This document shows positions 42,800 through 52,985 of a DNA stretch of 64,000 nucleotides, piece by piece. Made by a program: the position numbers and the translations under genes. The DNA lies in contig DAOUJK010000022.1 in NCBI GenBank assembly GCA_034422795.1, positions 70,556-134,555 of the forward strand, in the 5' to 3' direction. How positions within the stretch are numbered: the stretch's first letter is position 1; every line of letters begins with the position of its first letter. The notes beneath the pieces are model-generated. The model did no database searches. It saw only the letters and a program-made list of their open reading frames with translations, and was not told where the DNA came from. Source of the stretch: Dehalococcoidia bacterium. GTDB taxonomy: Bacteria; Chloroflexota; Dehalococcoidia; Lucifugimonadales; Australimonadaceae.

Positions 42800-42982
42800 A
42801 TGCGCGCACATCACTCGGAGCCAACGGACTCGGAGTTGCTGGAATGGCTCGTCCATACCGTGGACTCTATCCTCGGGCAAGGGCCGCTGGTGATGGTGGC
42901 GCTCATCGCCATAGTGGTGCTGCTGATCCCGCTGGCGATAGCCGTCCTGGCGCTCCGCAGACGCGGAGGGTCTCAGCCGTAG
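42800..42982 (+). CDS. small single-pass membrane protein
   Basis: 60 aa with the hydrophobic segment LVMVALIAIVVLLIPLAIAVLAL followed by RRRG. Confidence 0.45.
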   Translation: MRAHHSEPTDSELLEWLVHTVDSILGQGPLVMVALIAIVVLLIPLAIAVLALRRRGGSQP

Positions 42983-43043
42983 GCGAGTCCAGTACGCTTC
43001 GGGGCAGAAGACCGTGGGGCGAAGGCTCGACTATGATTAAGCC

Positions 43044-43748
43044 ATGGCATGGCTATTCGGGTCGTCCAAACGAGCGCTCAGGCAGAGGGTCGCACGGCAG
43101 CACAATGGAACGCTCTGCCAGGCGCCAGACGGCGCCACTTTCGTAGTCAGCGCTCGGGGCCGGTGGAATCTCGTTTTCGACTTCGACACGCCCGAGGGCC
43201 CCGCTCCGATCCCGCTATTCGGTCAGCGCCAGGCGACGCGCATCGGGGTGCCTTTCACGCCCCGCGGCGAGTTCGCCTGGACGCTGCGGCGCCGTCCCAT
43301 CGTGGGAGACGCCATCGCCAGGCAGCGTCGAAAGTTGGAGCGTGAGGGAGCGGACGCCCTGGAGGAGTTCGTCCGCAAGCTACAGTCCGAACTCAACCCC
43401 CCTTCCGTACCCATGGGCTATGGCGATTTCGACTACGAGTTCAACATCGAAACCAACGACGAGGACAGGATTCGTGACCTCTTCGCCGATCCCGACCTCC
43501 GTCGCTCCCTCCAGGCCCTGCCTTCCGTGTCGTTCAAGGCAACGCAAGACGACGAGTGGTTCTACTGGGTGTTCGAGGAGCAGACCGATAACCTGGCCAT
43601 CCTCTACTGTCAACTGGCCGGAACAGTGGACGACGACGCTCTGCTCGAGGACCTCTCGGACCTCCTGGAGGCCATCATAGTGCGGCTGGCGGCGATGGGA
43701 ATCGCGGAGCCGACCCGCCCCGGCTTGTTCCTCGGGACAGGCACGTGA
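43044..43748 (+). CDS. hypothetical protein
   Basis: 234-aa ORF with protein-like composition. No motif recognised. Confidence 0.5.
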   Translation: MAWLFGSSKRALRQRVARQHNGTLCQAPDGATFVVSARGRWNLVFDFDTPEGPAPIPLFGQRQATRIGVPFTPRGEFAWTLRRRPIVGDAIARQRRKLEREGADALEEFVRKLQSELNPPSVPMGYGDFDYEFNIETNDEDRIRDLFADPDLRRSLQALPSVSFKATQDDEWFYWVFEEQTDNLAILYCQLAGTVDDDALLEDLSDLLEAIIVRLAAMGIAEPTRPGLFLGTGT

Positions 43749-43775
43749 CCGGGCCGAGTGCGGGGCCCGGAACCG

Positions 43776-45044
43776 TCAGGGCGACTCAACGGCACGCGCG
43801 CTGCGCCGGGGAGGCCTCGTGAAGAACACCAGAGCGCTGACTGACAACCAACAGACCGCGACCAGACTGAACGCGCCCATATAGCTGCCCTGGTTGTCGC
43901 GGAGCGTGGCAAGCATCAGCGGCGACGCGGCGTTCGACGCCGTCATGAAAGGCCGCATCATGCCACGTATCCCACCGATGTGGTCGCGGCCGAAATGGTC
44001 CGCGACCGTAAGGGCGTGGAGTTGGTAGAAGCCGGGTTGGGTCAGCCCCTGGGTCGCGGCCCACACGAACAGCATCCACGGATGGCCGACAACCAGAACG
44101 AGCACAACGCTCAACCCGGTCAGTCCCGCCTGGCAGGTGAACACGTAGCGGAGTGGGAAGCGGCTGGACGCGGTCCCCCAGATGAAGCGATTGGCGACCG
44201 CACAAACGCCATACACCATCAGGACGCCTGCGCCTATCTCTGCACCGAATCCACGGTCCTCCATGAACGGCAGCCACTGGACCTGGAACCCTGAGAGTCC
44301 AAGCGTCGCCACGAGGCCCGCCGTTGAGAGCATCCAGAAAGAGGATGTACCCAACGCCTCGCGCCGGGTGAGGCCCGGCCCCTCAGGCGCGACCTCTCGC
44401 GCAGCCTCCCGCTCTTGCGCCGGGGAACCGCCGTTGTCGGGCTTGAGACCCATGCTCTCCGGACTCGTGCGGACCAGCAGCATCAGAGGCGCTATCACCG
44501 CGATGACGCCGAGCCCGGTCCAGAACCAGGCCATACGCCATCCAACGGCGGCGATGAGCAGGATGATTATGGGAGGGAATACCAGGATGCCCAAGGGTGA
44601 ACCTACGTTGGCCCACATCAATGCCTGGGGGCGTCGGCGTACGAACCACTTGACGACGATCGCATCGAGCACTCCTACGCTCAACAAGGCGCCCAGCGAG
44701 CCGAGGACCCCGAATGCCATGTAGTACTGGAACGGCGTCTCTACCCACGTCACCAGGACGAAGGACAGGCCGGAGATGACGGTGCCCAGCGGCAGCATGA
44801 CACGAGGCAGCCACCTGTGGTCGGCCAGAGGACCCAGGAATGGGCCCAGGATGCCTCCGGCCAGCACCCGGAGCGTCAGCGCGCCGAATACCGTAGCCCT
44901 GGTCCAACCCAGATCGTCGTGCATCGGTCCGGCGAAGACGCTGCTCGCGAAGTGGGCCCCTCCCGTTTGGAATGCGCTGTTGACCGCTGCGAGAAACACG
45001 ATGACCCAGCCATAGAACGGTAGCCGTTTCGCAACTGCGTCCAT
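43776..45044 (-). CDS. MFS transporter
   Basis: LPFYGWVIVFLAAVNSAFQTGG... About 12 hydrophobic segments. Confidence 0.8.
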   Translation of the reverse strand: MDAVAKRLPFYGWVIVFLAAVNSAFQTGGAHFASSVFAGPMHDDLGWTRATVFGALTLRVLAGGILGPFLGPLADHRWLPRVMLPLGTVISGLSFVLVTWVETPFQYYMAFGVLGSLGALLSVGVLDAIVVKWFVRRRPQALMWANVGSPLGILVFPPIIILLIAAVGWRMAWFWTGLGVIAVIAPLMLLVRTSPESMGLKPDNGGSPAQEREAAREVAPEGPGLTRREALGTSSFWMLSTAGLVATLGLSGFQVQWLPFMEDRGFGAEIGAGVLMVYGVCAVANRFIWGTASSRFPLRYVFTCQAGLTGLSVVLVLVVGHPWMLFVWAATQGLTQPGFYQLHALTVADHFGRDHIGGIRGMMRPFMTASNAASPLMLATLRDNQGSYMGAFSLVAVCWLSVSALVFFTRPPRRSARAVESP

Positions 45045-45063
45045 GTCGGCCTCGCAGCGCCTC

Positions 45064-46374
45064 TCATCCCGGCGAAGCCGGTGACCAGGTCTTCCGCCTG
45101 GGGCGGCGGGCGGCGAGGAAGAAGAAGCCCGCGAAGAACGCCCCCACGACGTAGACCATGTGTATGGGTTCGTAGCTTCCCGTGAGCCGGAAGGCGAATG
45201 CGGTGACGAGCGGCCCCAGCGCCATCGCGGGCGTGACGAGCAGAACGGTGAAGCCCGTGATCGCGCCGACGTGCCTGCGGCCGAAATAGTCCGGCCACGC
45301 CTGCGACTGGAGCTGCTGCGAGCCGCCGATGGCGAGGCCGATCGGCAACGCAGCAGCGAAGAGGGTGGCGGGCGTGTCGGCCAGGACGTAGAGCGCGATC
45401 GAGAGGGAGTAGCCGAAGCCCCAGAGTGTCAGGCCGGCATGGATGCCGAAACGAGCGGCGATATAGCCCCAGAACGGCCGTCCCAGGAGCGCGCCGAAGC
45501 CGAAGAAGGCGAACGCGCTCGACGCGAACCGGAACGCGAGCCCTTCGTCCATGAAGTAGAACACCATGTTGGCGATAACGCCGGTGGCGGGGAAGCCGGT
45601 GAGCATGAGCGAGACCACGATGAGCCAGAGCGTTCGCGTGCGTACGGCCTCCCGCAGCGTCCAGCTGTCCTCGTCCGATACACCGCGCGATGGACCGCGC
45701 AGCGCGGCCGGCGCCACGTCTGACCGACCGCCGTCGGGGAGTTGCCCGTGGTCCTCCGGCCTGCGCCGAACGATGAGCCAGACGAGCGGGGCGAGGATGC
45801 ATATCTCGACGACACCGAGAACGCCCCAGCCGGCCCGCCAGGAGGTCTCTTCGATGAGGATGGCGAAGACCGGGACCATGGTGAAGCCAAAGACCGCGCG
45901 CCCACCGCTGGACCAGGCGAACGCGGCAGCCCGGCGGCGCACGAACCAGTTCGCGATCGCCGTTCGCGGCCCCACCACCTCCAGCCCCGTTCGCGCGGCG
46001 CCGACCCCGATGCCAAGCAGCGCGTAGTACGCCCAGGGGACGCTCGTGAACGCCAGCAGTACGAGGCAGGCGCCGCCGAACAGGGCGCTGAGCGTCATAC
46101 CGAGCCGTGCGCCGCTCCTGTCGAACAGCGGGCCGAGCACCATGCCGAGCCCGGCGGAGACGAATGTGGCGACAGTGAGCGCGCCGGTGAGCATCGTGCG
46201 GCTCCAGCCGAGGTCGTTCTCCATCGGTACGACGAGCAGGCCGAAGAGGTAGCTGGTGGCGGCGCCATGGGTGAAGAGCGCGAGGAAGGAGACGCCGACT
46301 ATCCACCATCCGCGGAAGGACGGGTAGAGCGTGAGGCGGCGGGTGGGCGTGGTGCTGCTCATGGGAGGGTTCAT
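45064..46374 (-). CDS. MFS transporter
   Basis: Start at the internal Met (MNPPMSSTTPTRRLTLYPSFRGWWIVGVSFLALF...). The upstream part of the ORF crosses a repeat array and is unlikely to be coding. Confidence 0.75.
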   Translation of the reverse strand: MNPPMSSTTPTRRLTLYPSFRGWWIVGVSFLALFTHGAATSYLFGLLVVPMENDLGWSRTMLTGALTVATFVSAGLGMVLGPLFDRSGARLGMTLSALFGGACLVLLAFTSVPWAYYALLGIGVGAARTGLEVVGPRTAIANWFVRRRAAAFAWSSGGRAVFGFTMVPVFAILIEETSWRAGWGVLGVVEICILAPLVWLIVRRRPEDHGQLPDGGRSDVAPAALRGPSRGVSDEDSWTLREAVRTRTLWLIVVSLMLTGFPATGVIANMVFYFMDEGLAFRFASSAFAFFGFGALLGRPFWGYIAARFGIHAGLTLWGFGYSLSIALYVLADTPATLFAAALPIGLAIGGSQQLQSQAWPDYFGRRHVGAITGFTVLLVTPAMALGPLVTAFAFRLTGSYEPIHMVYVVGAFFAGFFFLAARRPRRKTWSPASPG

Positions 46375-46413
46375 TCTTGCACAGGTTGTGGAGGCTGCCA
46401 CGGGACGGCGCCG

Positions 46414-46574
46414 ATCAAGGTGGCCAATGCCGCGTGAATCTGGCCACCTTGATGGCCGCGTTACGAGTGAATCGGACCTTACGATCTGGCCACCTTGGCC
46501 ACCTTGATGTGGGCGTTTCCAAGGCCGTGGTCTGCTTCCTATATCAAGGTGGCCAAGGTGGCCAACGAATTCAC
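46414..46574. repeat. nested inverted-repeat array built from the TTGGCCACCTTGAT unit
   Basis: ATCAAGGTGGCCAA at 46414-46427 faces TGGCCACCTTGAT at 46441-46453. TGGCCACCTTGGCCACCTTGAT at 46487-46508 faces ATCAAGGTGGCCAAGGTGGCCAA at 46543-46565. GTGAATC/GAATTCAC elements flank them. Confidence 0.85.
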
Positions 46575-46725
46575 TAGTTCGGGACTCACTCATAGACCGC
46601 GTTGATGGCAACGGGACCAGGCTATAGACGCAGTCTATGGCTGGTGCAGGGCGCGTAGTCATGCCTCCAGCGTAGCTGATGCGGGGTCGACCGGGTAAGA
46701 GGCAGATGTCACAGTGGCGACAGGG

Positions 46726-47637
46726 TCATCCGATGTCGAGGGCTATGACGACGGCGCCACCCACGATGAGGGCAGTGGAAACGAGCTTGACCGTGACCGT
46801 GCCGCGCGTCGTGACCTCGCCGAGCGCGCCGCGCCACACGAGCGAGAGGCCGATGGTGAAGACGACGAGGAAGAACGTTCGCAGGCTCGAGAGTGCTGTC
46901 ACGAGCGTCGTGGGGCCGAGCGAGAGCGCCCAGAGGATCAGGAAGAGGCTCGTGTTGGCGACGACGAACTGGTTGAGGGCCATGTACCCGAGCGCCGGGC
47001 TACGGGTGCGGAAGAAGGAGACGATGTCGTCCAGCGGCTGCCGCCGCAGGTTCAACGCGAGAAGGACGCTGCCCAGGGCGAGCATGCGCAGCGCGTGCGC
47101 GAACAGCACCGGCAATTCGTTCACCGCCGTCTTGCCGAACACGAAGGAGCTGCCTTCTATGAGGCTGCCGAGCATGAGCAGCAGGAACGTCCTGCCCGGA
47201 AGGAAGCCGCGGGATGCGCCGGGGCCGGACGAGATGAGCACCGCGCCCCCAACCACTGCGAGCACCGCGAGCCACTCCACCCCGTTCAGGCGCTCGCCGA
47301 GGAAGAGGAACGCGATGAGCGCCGTGAAGATGGGGTACGTCTGGTAGACGGGGATGGCGCGGGAGACCTCGCTCGTGTAGAGGGCGCGCACGAGGATGTG
47401 CGCGCCGAGGCCGTAGAAGACGCCGGAGAGCAGCGCCCAGAGCACGGCTTCCAGCGTTGCCGACTCCGGGACCCCGGAGACGAGGAGCAGCGCCGTCCCG
47501 ACGAACGGCATGGTGAGGCCGATGGCGAGCGGCTGGGTGCCCGGTGTGCGGGCATACCGGTGAATAATGGTCTTGTCGAGGATGCCGATGCAGGCGGCGA
47601 GCGCCGCGCCAGCCAGCACGACCACTACCCAGGACAT
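46726..47637 (-). CDS. EamA/DMT-family transporter, tandem paralog
   Basis: MSWVVVVLAGAALAACIGILDKTIIHRYA... 10-TM pattern. Confidence 0.8.
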   Translation of the reverse strand: MSWVVVVLAGAALAACIGILDKTIIHRYARTPGTQPLAIGLTMPFVGTALLLVSGVPESATLEAVLWALLSGVFYGLGAHILVRALYTSEVSRAIPVYQTYPIFTALIAFLFLGERLNGVEWLAVLAVVGGAVLISSGPGASRGFLPGRTFLLLMLGSLIEGSSFVFGKTAVNELPVLFAHALRMLALGSVLLALNLRRQPLDDIVSFFRTRSPALGYMALNQFVVANTSLFLILWALSLGPTTLVTALSSLRTFFLVVFTIGLSLVWRGALGEVTTRGTVTVKLVSTALIVGGAVVIALDIG

Positions 47638-47640
47638 CGG

Positions 47641-48555
47641 CTATACGCTCCCTAACGCGATGACGGCCACACCGGCCACGATGAAGATGGTGGAGACGAG
47701 TTTAACCGTGACCGTGGCGGGCGTCGTCACCTCGCCCAGAGCGCCGCGCCACACGCGGGCAAGGGCGAGGGCGAAGGCGACGACGAAGAATGTCCGCAGG
47801 CTGGAGAGCGCAGTAACGAGCGTCGTAGGGCCGAGCGAGAGCGCCCAGAGAAAGAGGAACTGGCTTGCGTTGGAGATGACAAGCTGATTGAGGGCGACGT
47901 ACTTGAGCGCGGGGCTGCGCGTACGGACGAACCACAGCACCTGTTCCAGTGAGCGCCGGCGCAGGTTCAGCGCGAGCAGGACGCTGCCGATGGCGAGCAG
48001 ACGCAGCGCGTGCGTGAACAGCACGGGCAGCTCGTTCACCGCCGACTTGCCGAACACGAAGGAGCTTCCCTCTATGGCGCTGCCGATGATCAGGATGATG
48101 AACGCCCTGTCCAGCAGGAAGCCGCAACCGGACTCGTCCCGGCGGAAGGAGAGCAGCACAGCGCCGCCCACGACGGCGGACATCGCGAGCCACTCCACGG
48201 CGTCCAGCCGTTCGCCCAGGAAGATAACCGCGATGAGCGCGGTGAAGATGGGATACGTCTGGTAGACGGGTATGACGCGGGAGACCTCCTGCCTGTAGAG
48301 CGTGTACACGAGGATGTGCGTTCCGAGGCCATAGCACAGGCCGGATGCAAGGGCCCAGAGGATGGCCTCGGACGTTGCAGACGCGGGGATGCCGGTCGCC
48401 ACAAGCAACGGAAGCCCGATGAGCATCATGGTGATACCGATCACGAGCGGTTGCAGGTACGGCATGCGGGCGTAGCGGTGGATGACGGTCTTGTCGAGGA
48501 TGCTGAGAGCCGCGGCAAGCGCCACGCCCGCCAAGACGATAGCTACCCAGGACAT
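47641..48555 (-). CDS. EamA/DMT-family transporter, tandem paralog
   Basis: MSWVAIVLAGVALAAALSILDKTVIHRYA... Colinear with the neighbouring paralogs. 3-nt intergenic gaps. Confidence 0.8.
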   Translation of the reverse strand: MSWVAIVLAGVALAAALSILDKTVIHRYARMPYLQPLVIGITMMLIGLPLLVATGIPASATSEAILWALASGLCYGLGTHILVYTLYRQEVSRVIPVYQTYPIFTALIAVIFLGERLDAVEWLAMSAVVGGAVLLSFRRDESGCGFLLDRAFIILIIGSAIEGSSFVFGKSAVNELPVLFTHALRLLAIGSVLLALNLRRRSLEQVLWFVRTRSPALKYVALNQLVISNASQFLFLWALSLGPTTLVTALSSLRTFFVVAFALALARVWRGALGEVTTPATVTVKLVSTIFIVAGVAVIALGSV

Positions 48556-48558
48556 CCC

Positions 48559-49476
48559 CTAACCACCCGTGACGGCAATCGCTGCGACACCGGCCACGAT
48601 GAGGGCGGTCGAGACGAGCTTGACGGCGACGACACCGGGCGTCGTGACCTCGCCGAGCGCGCCCTTCCAGACGAGGGCGAGCGCCGTGCTGTAGACGACG
48701 AGGAAGAAGGCGCGCGCGCCGGACAACGCGGTGACCAGCGCCGCAGGACCGAGGGCCAACGCCCAGAGAAGAAGGAGAAGCCCCGCCGTGGCGATGATCA
48801 GCTCGTTCATGGCGACGAACCGGAGCGCCGGGCTGCGGGTGCGGACGAACGTGCGCACGTCGTCCACGGAGCCGCTCCGGAGGTTGAAGGCAAAGAAGAC
48901 GGCCCCAAGCCCCAGGGAGCGCACCGCGTGCGTGAAGAGGACCGGCAGTTCGTCCACCGCAACCTTGCCGAATACGTGCGCGCTGCCGTGGATAGCGCTG
49001 CCGATCATGAGCAACACGAACGCCTTATCCAGCAGGATGCTGCGAAGGGAGGTGGAGCCGGGCCGGAACGAGATCAGCACCGCTCCTGCGACAACGACGG
49101 CCACTGCGAGCCACTCGACCACACCCAGTTCCTCGCCCAGGAAGAAAAAGGCGTAGATGGCAGTGAAGATGGGGTAGCTCTGGAAGACCGGGATGGTGCG
49201 CGACACTTCATTCCAGTAGAGAACGCGTATGAGGAACTGCGCGCTCAGGCCGAAGACCACGCCGGAGACGAGCGCCCAGAACACGGGGGCCCACTCTGCC
49301 CCCTCCGGAACGCGGACGGCGGCAAGTACGACGATCCCGACGAACGTCTGCGCGATGCCGATGAGGAGCGGCAGCGTATGGGGCGTAGTGGCATAGCGGT
49401 AGATGACGGTCTTATCGAAGATGCTGACGATCCCGGAGACCGCCGCACCCGCCAGCGCAAGGACTACCCAGGACAA
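48559..49476 (-). CDS. EamA/DMT-family transporter, tandem paralog (TTG start)
   Basis: (TTG)SWVVLALAGAAVSGIVSIFDKTVIYRYA... aligns with the N-termini of the other two paralogs. The TTG lies 2 nt after the deacylase TAG stop. The longer 697-aa ORF is an artefact. Confidence 0.7.
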   Translation of the reverse strand: MSWVVLALAGAAVSGIVSIFDKTVIYRYATTPHTLPLLIGIAQTFVGIVVLAAVRVPEGAEWAPVFWALVSGVVFGLSAQFLIRVLYWNEVSRTIPVFQSYPIFTAIYAFFFLGEELGVVEWLAVAVVVAGAVLISFRPGSTSLRSILLDKAFVLLMIGSAIHGSAHVFGKVAVDELPVLFTHAVRSLGLGAVFFAFNLRSGSVDDVRTFVRTRSPALRFVAMNELIIATAGLLLLLWALALGPAALVTALSGARAFFLVVYSTALALVWKGALGEVTTPGVVAVKLVSTALIVAGVAAIAVTGG

Positions 49477-49478
49477 AC

Positions 49479-51200
49479 CTAGCCCGCCGCTCCGTTCCCG
49501 TTCCTCGCGGTCTCGTACCGCGAGTTGCGAACGACCTGGCCGGGGAGCGCGCCCGTGTGGACGCCGTCCTCCAGCAACACCTGCCCGTTGACGATGGTGT
49601 ACGGGATGCCGTGCGCCACCTGCTTCAGCCGCATGGAGCCGCCGGGCAGGTCGTAGGCCTCCTCGGACGGATCGAGACCGAGGTCCTCGTAGTCCATCAC
49701 GAGCACGTCCGCCTTGCTGCCGGGGGTAAGCCTGCCGCGGCCAGGTGTGCCGAAGACGTCCGCGGGGAACGAGGTGAGCCGGCGCACGCCCTCCTCCACC
49801 GGCATGATGCCCTTGTCTCGCACCCAGTGGCTGAGGAAGTGGACGCCGTAGCCATAGCCGCCCTCCCGCACGACGTGCGCGCCGGAGTCCGACAGGCCGA
49901 TGAGCGTGTGCTCGTCGTTGAGGATGGCTGCCATCGCCTCGTCGTCGTTGTTCTGCTGGTTGCGGGCGCACCACGTCTTCATCTCCTCCTCGACCGAGAG
50001 GTCGAGGAAGGCGTCCATGGCGCTGATGCCGCGCTGCGCGCCGAGTTCGGCGGCGGTCATGCCCGCGAGGCTCTTGTTCTTCTCCAGCGCGGGCTTGACG
50101 ATGACCACGTGGTCCCAGCGCCCGGAGAAGCCGAGCGCGGTGTTGTCGCTGTGCTCCGCGACCTCCTGCGCGAGCTGCGGACGGAGCGAGGCGTCCGCGA
50201 AGGCAGCGACGCGCTCCGACGTGCTGCTGTTCATGATGCGCTTCCAGGTGGGCATGAAGTTGAAGAACTCCGCGCTGTCCATCTGGAAGAAGCGCAGGCC
50301 GGGGCGCGGGTTGATCTGCGGGTAGATGCGCGCCGTCGTGTTCGCAGCCACGTCGGCGAGATGGGCGAGGTGCTCCCGCCACTGGTCCGGACGGAGCACG
50401 CTCTGGGTGATGGAGAGGTAGGTGACGGGACGCCCGCTGATCTCCGACATCCTCGTGCAGATGCCCTCGTTCAGTTCGAGGTCCCTCGGATCGCCTACCT
50501 GGATGACGCCGGTGCCGAGGTCGCGCAAAGCGCCCGCGATGGCGTACAGCTCGTCGATGGAGGCGACGTTGGCGGGGAGGAGCTTGCCGTCCATGCCGGC
50601 GTGGCGCGGGTTGCGATCGAACGACACACCGAGCGCCCCCGCCTCGATGCACTCGCGCACTGCGGTCTGAACCGCCTCGATCTCGTCGCCGGTGGCCTCG
50701 CGCTCCTGGGAGTCTGCGCCCATCACCCAGCGGCGGACGGCCGAGTGGCCGACCATGACGCCGAAGTTGATGCCGAGGTTATTGTCGAGCGAGCCGAGGT
50801 AGTCGCCGAAAGTACGCCAGCCCCACGGCACGCCGTTCATCAGCACGTCGTAGGGGATGGCCTCGACCTTCGCGAGCATCCCGGCGAGCGAAGGCTCGTC
50901 GCCCTCGCGCACCGGGGCCAGCGTCAGGGAGCAGTTGCCGCTCACGACGGTCGTGACGCCGTTGTAGCAGGAGAAGGTGCAGAGCGGGTCGAACGTGACC
51001 TGGCCGTCGTAGTGGGTGTGGTGGTCGATGAAGCCGGGAGTGACGACGCAGCCGCTGGCGTCGATCTCGCGCGTCGCGGGGCCGTCCAGCCGTCCCACGG
51101 CGGCGACGCGCCCGTCCACGATGCCGACGTCAGCGACCCGCGGAGCACCGCCCGTGCCGTCGACCACGAGGCCGCCCTTGATGAGCAGATCGAACGCCAT
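49479..51200 (-). CDS. N-acyl-D-amino-acid deacylase (D-aminoacylase) family amidohydrolase
   Basis: MAFDLLIKGGLVVDGTGGAPRVADVGIVDGRVAAVG...VVTPGFIDHHTHYD. Confidence 0.8.
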   Translation of the reverse strand: MAFDLLIKGGLVVDGTGGAPRVADVGIVDGRVAAVGRLDGPATREIDASGCVVTPGFIDHHTHYDGQVTFDPLCTFSCYNGVTTVVSGNCSLTLAPVREGDEPSLAGMLAKVEAIPYDVLMNGVPWGWRTFGDYLGSLDNNLGINFGVMVGHSAVRRWVMGADSQEREATGDEIEAVQTAVRECIEAGALGVSFDRNPRHAGMDGKLLPANVASIDELYAIAGALRDLGTGVIQVGDPRDLELNEGICTRMSEISGRPVTYLSITQSVLRPDQWREHLAHLADVAANTTARIYPQINPRPGLRFFQMDSAEFFNFMPTWKRIMNSSTSERVAAFADASLRPQLAQEVAEHSDNTALGFSGRWDHVVIVKPALEKNKSLAGMTAAELGAQRGISAMDAFLDLSVEEEMKTWCARNQQNNDDEAMAAILNDEHTLIGLSDSGAHVVREGGYGYGVHFLSHWVRDKGIMPVEEGVRRLTSFPADVFGTPGRGRLTPGSKADVLVMDYEDLGLDPSEEAYDLPGGSMRLKQVAHGIPYTIVNGQVLLEDGVHTGALPGQVVRNSRYETARNGNGAAG

Positions 51201-51287
51201 CGCACACCTCCGCTATGAGCGTTGGGGCTATGTTACACCCCGTGAGGCGAGCGGTAAGAAGATCCGGCGCTCTAAGCGCCCGGTGCT

Positions 51288-52973
51288 CTAGTCCGACAGC
51301 GCCTCCGCTACCTCGGCTTCGGTGAGGCCGTAGACCTCCATCGCCTTCTGTGGGGTGATGAGGCCGTCCTGGATGTCGCCCTTGACGAGCTCACGGTCGC
51401 GCTCGGCGGGGGGGAGCACGCCGCCGCCGCCGCCCGTCTCGATGCTGAAGACCTCGCCGGGCTGCATGCCGAGGTTGGAGGCGATGCCGGGGTAGCGCTC
51501 CTCGCGGTCGGTGCCGGGGTGGACGACGACGTAGGCATTGGCGCCGTTACCGCCGCCCTCCATACCGGCAGCCTCGCGCTTGGCCGCGCCGCCGGAGAGG
51601 CGACCGCCCGAGCGCACCTTGTACTCGCGCACGTAGCCGGGACCGCCGCGCGACTTGCCGTCGCCGCCGGTGTCCGGCAGCACCTCGAAGCGCGTCATGT
51701 CGACCGGGAACTCGGACTCGATGATCTCGACGCTCGTGAAGCGTCCACCGCTGGCGCGCGCGCCGACGCCGGAGAAGCCGTCGCCGCCGTCGAATGCGCG
51801 TGCGCCCGCGTACATCAGCTCGTACTGCACGTACTGGCGGTCGCCGTCGCCCTGGTAGCCGATGACGATGGAGCTCTGCGTGGAGCCGTGGGCGAGCGTG
51901 GGCTGTCCGGCGGCCTTCGCGACCGCGGTCATGATGACGCTCTCCGCGATAGCCATGGTCTTGGAGTAGAAGCCGACGGGACCGGGGAACTCCGGCGAGA
52001 TGATGCTGCCCTTGCGGAAGCGGCACTCGATCGCGTTGGCGAGTCCGTGATTGATGGGGAGGTAGGGGTCGGTCATGCAGATGACGCCGTTGTAGACGAG
52101 GCCGCGGATGAACGGTTCCCGCACGTTGATGGGGGCCGACGCCTGGTCGCCGGTGGCGGTGAAGTCCACGATAAGCCGATCGCCCTCCTTGATGGCGGCG
52201 GCGTGGAGGCGGATGGGCTTGCCGGGGTTCGAGGGGTCGTCCACCCACGTCTCGGACTCGCTGACGCCGTCCCTCCAGTGGGAGATGTACTCGCGGGCCT
52301 GCTGCTCCGTCCGCTCGCCGAGGTCGTCGAACATCTGGAGGAGGGTGTCCTTCCCGTAGGTGCGGAGCGCGTCTTTCACGCGCTCCTCGCCGATGGTGAA
52401 GCAGACGCCAGCCTTGGCGGAGAGGTCACCGATCATCATCTCGGGTACGCGGCTGTTGGCGCGCACGAACGTAGCCGTGTCCTGCACGAGCTCGTAGTTG
52501 CGCATATAGCGCACAGGCATGATCTGCAGGCCCTCGCCGAAGATGTCGCGGGACGTGGCGTTGCGGCTGCCCGCGGAGACGCCGCCGATGTCCGGCGTGT
52601 GCCCCATGCTCGCGGCGAAGCCGATCACCTCGCCGTCGTGGAAGATGGGAGTCATGATGACCATGTCGTTGGCATGGGGACAGCCGCTGTAGTAGGGATG
52701 GTTCGCAAGGAAGGCGTCGCCCTCGGCCATGTCGTCGAGGCTGTAGAACTGCAGCAGCCCCTTGATCGACTCCGGGTAGGCGGCCATGTGGCCGGGGTGG
52801 AACGACTGGCCGACGAGCCGCCCCTGCCTGTCCAGCACGCCGCAGCTGAAGTCGTGCGACTCACGGACGATGGTGGAGTAGCCGGTGCGGAAGACGGCCT
52901 TCTCCATCTCGCGGACGATGCCGTCCAGCCGGGCTCGGAGCACTTCGTAGGTGATGGGGTCAACGCGTGCCAT
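51288..52973 (-). CDS. hyuB: hydantoinase B / oxoprolinase family protein
   Basis: DPITYEVLRARLDGIVREMEKAVFRTGYSTIVRESHDFSCGVLD is the typical Hydantoinase_B N-terminus. Confidence 0.8.
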   Translation of the reverse strand: MARVDPITYEVLRARLDGIVREMEKAVFRTGYSTIVRESHDFSCGVLDRQGRLVGQSFHPGHMAAYPESIKGLLQFYSLDDMAEGDAFLANHPYYSGCPHANDMVIMTPIFHDGEVIGFAASMGHTPDIGGVSAGSRNATSRDIFGEGLQIMPVRYMRNYELVQDTATFVRANSRVPEMMIGDLSAKAGVCFTIGEERVKDALRTYGKDTLLQMFDDLGERTEQQAREYISHWRDGVSESETWVDDPSNPGKPIRLHAAAIKEGDRLIVDFTATGDQASAPINVREPFIRGLVYNGVICMTDPYLPINHGLANAIECRFRKGSIISPEFPGPVGFYSKTMAIAESVIMTAVAKAAGQPTLAHGSTQSSIVIGYQGDGDRQYVQYELMYAGARAFDGGDGFSGVGARASGGRFTSVEIIESEFPVDMTRFEVLPDTGGDGKSRGGPGYVREYKVRSGGRLSGGAAKREAAGMEGGGNGANAYVVVHPGTDREERYPGIASNLGMQPGEVFSIETGGGGGVLPPAERDRELVKGDIQDGLITPQKAMEVYGLTEAEVAEALSD

Positions 52974-52985
52974 GTCCGTACCTCC

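Noticed and set aside
46375-46662. N-terminal extension of the MFS ORF translating as GHLGHLD...GGQGGQ
   Set aside because: This is a translation of the inverted-repeat array. The MFS N-terminus aligns from the Met at 46374 (or 46362).
49477-50652. Upstream 390 aa of the 697-aa ORF 48559-50652
   Set aside because: It is out-of-frame read-through inside the deacylase gene. The EamA paralog begins at TTG 49476, judged by alignment with its two neighbours.
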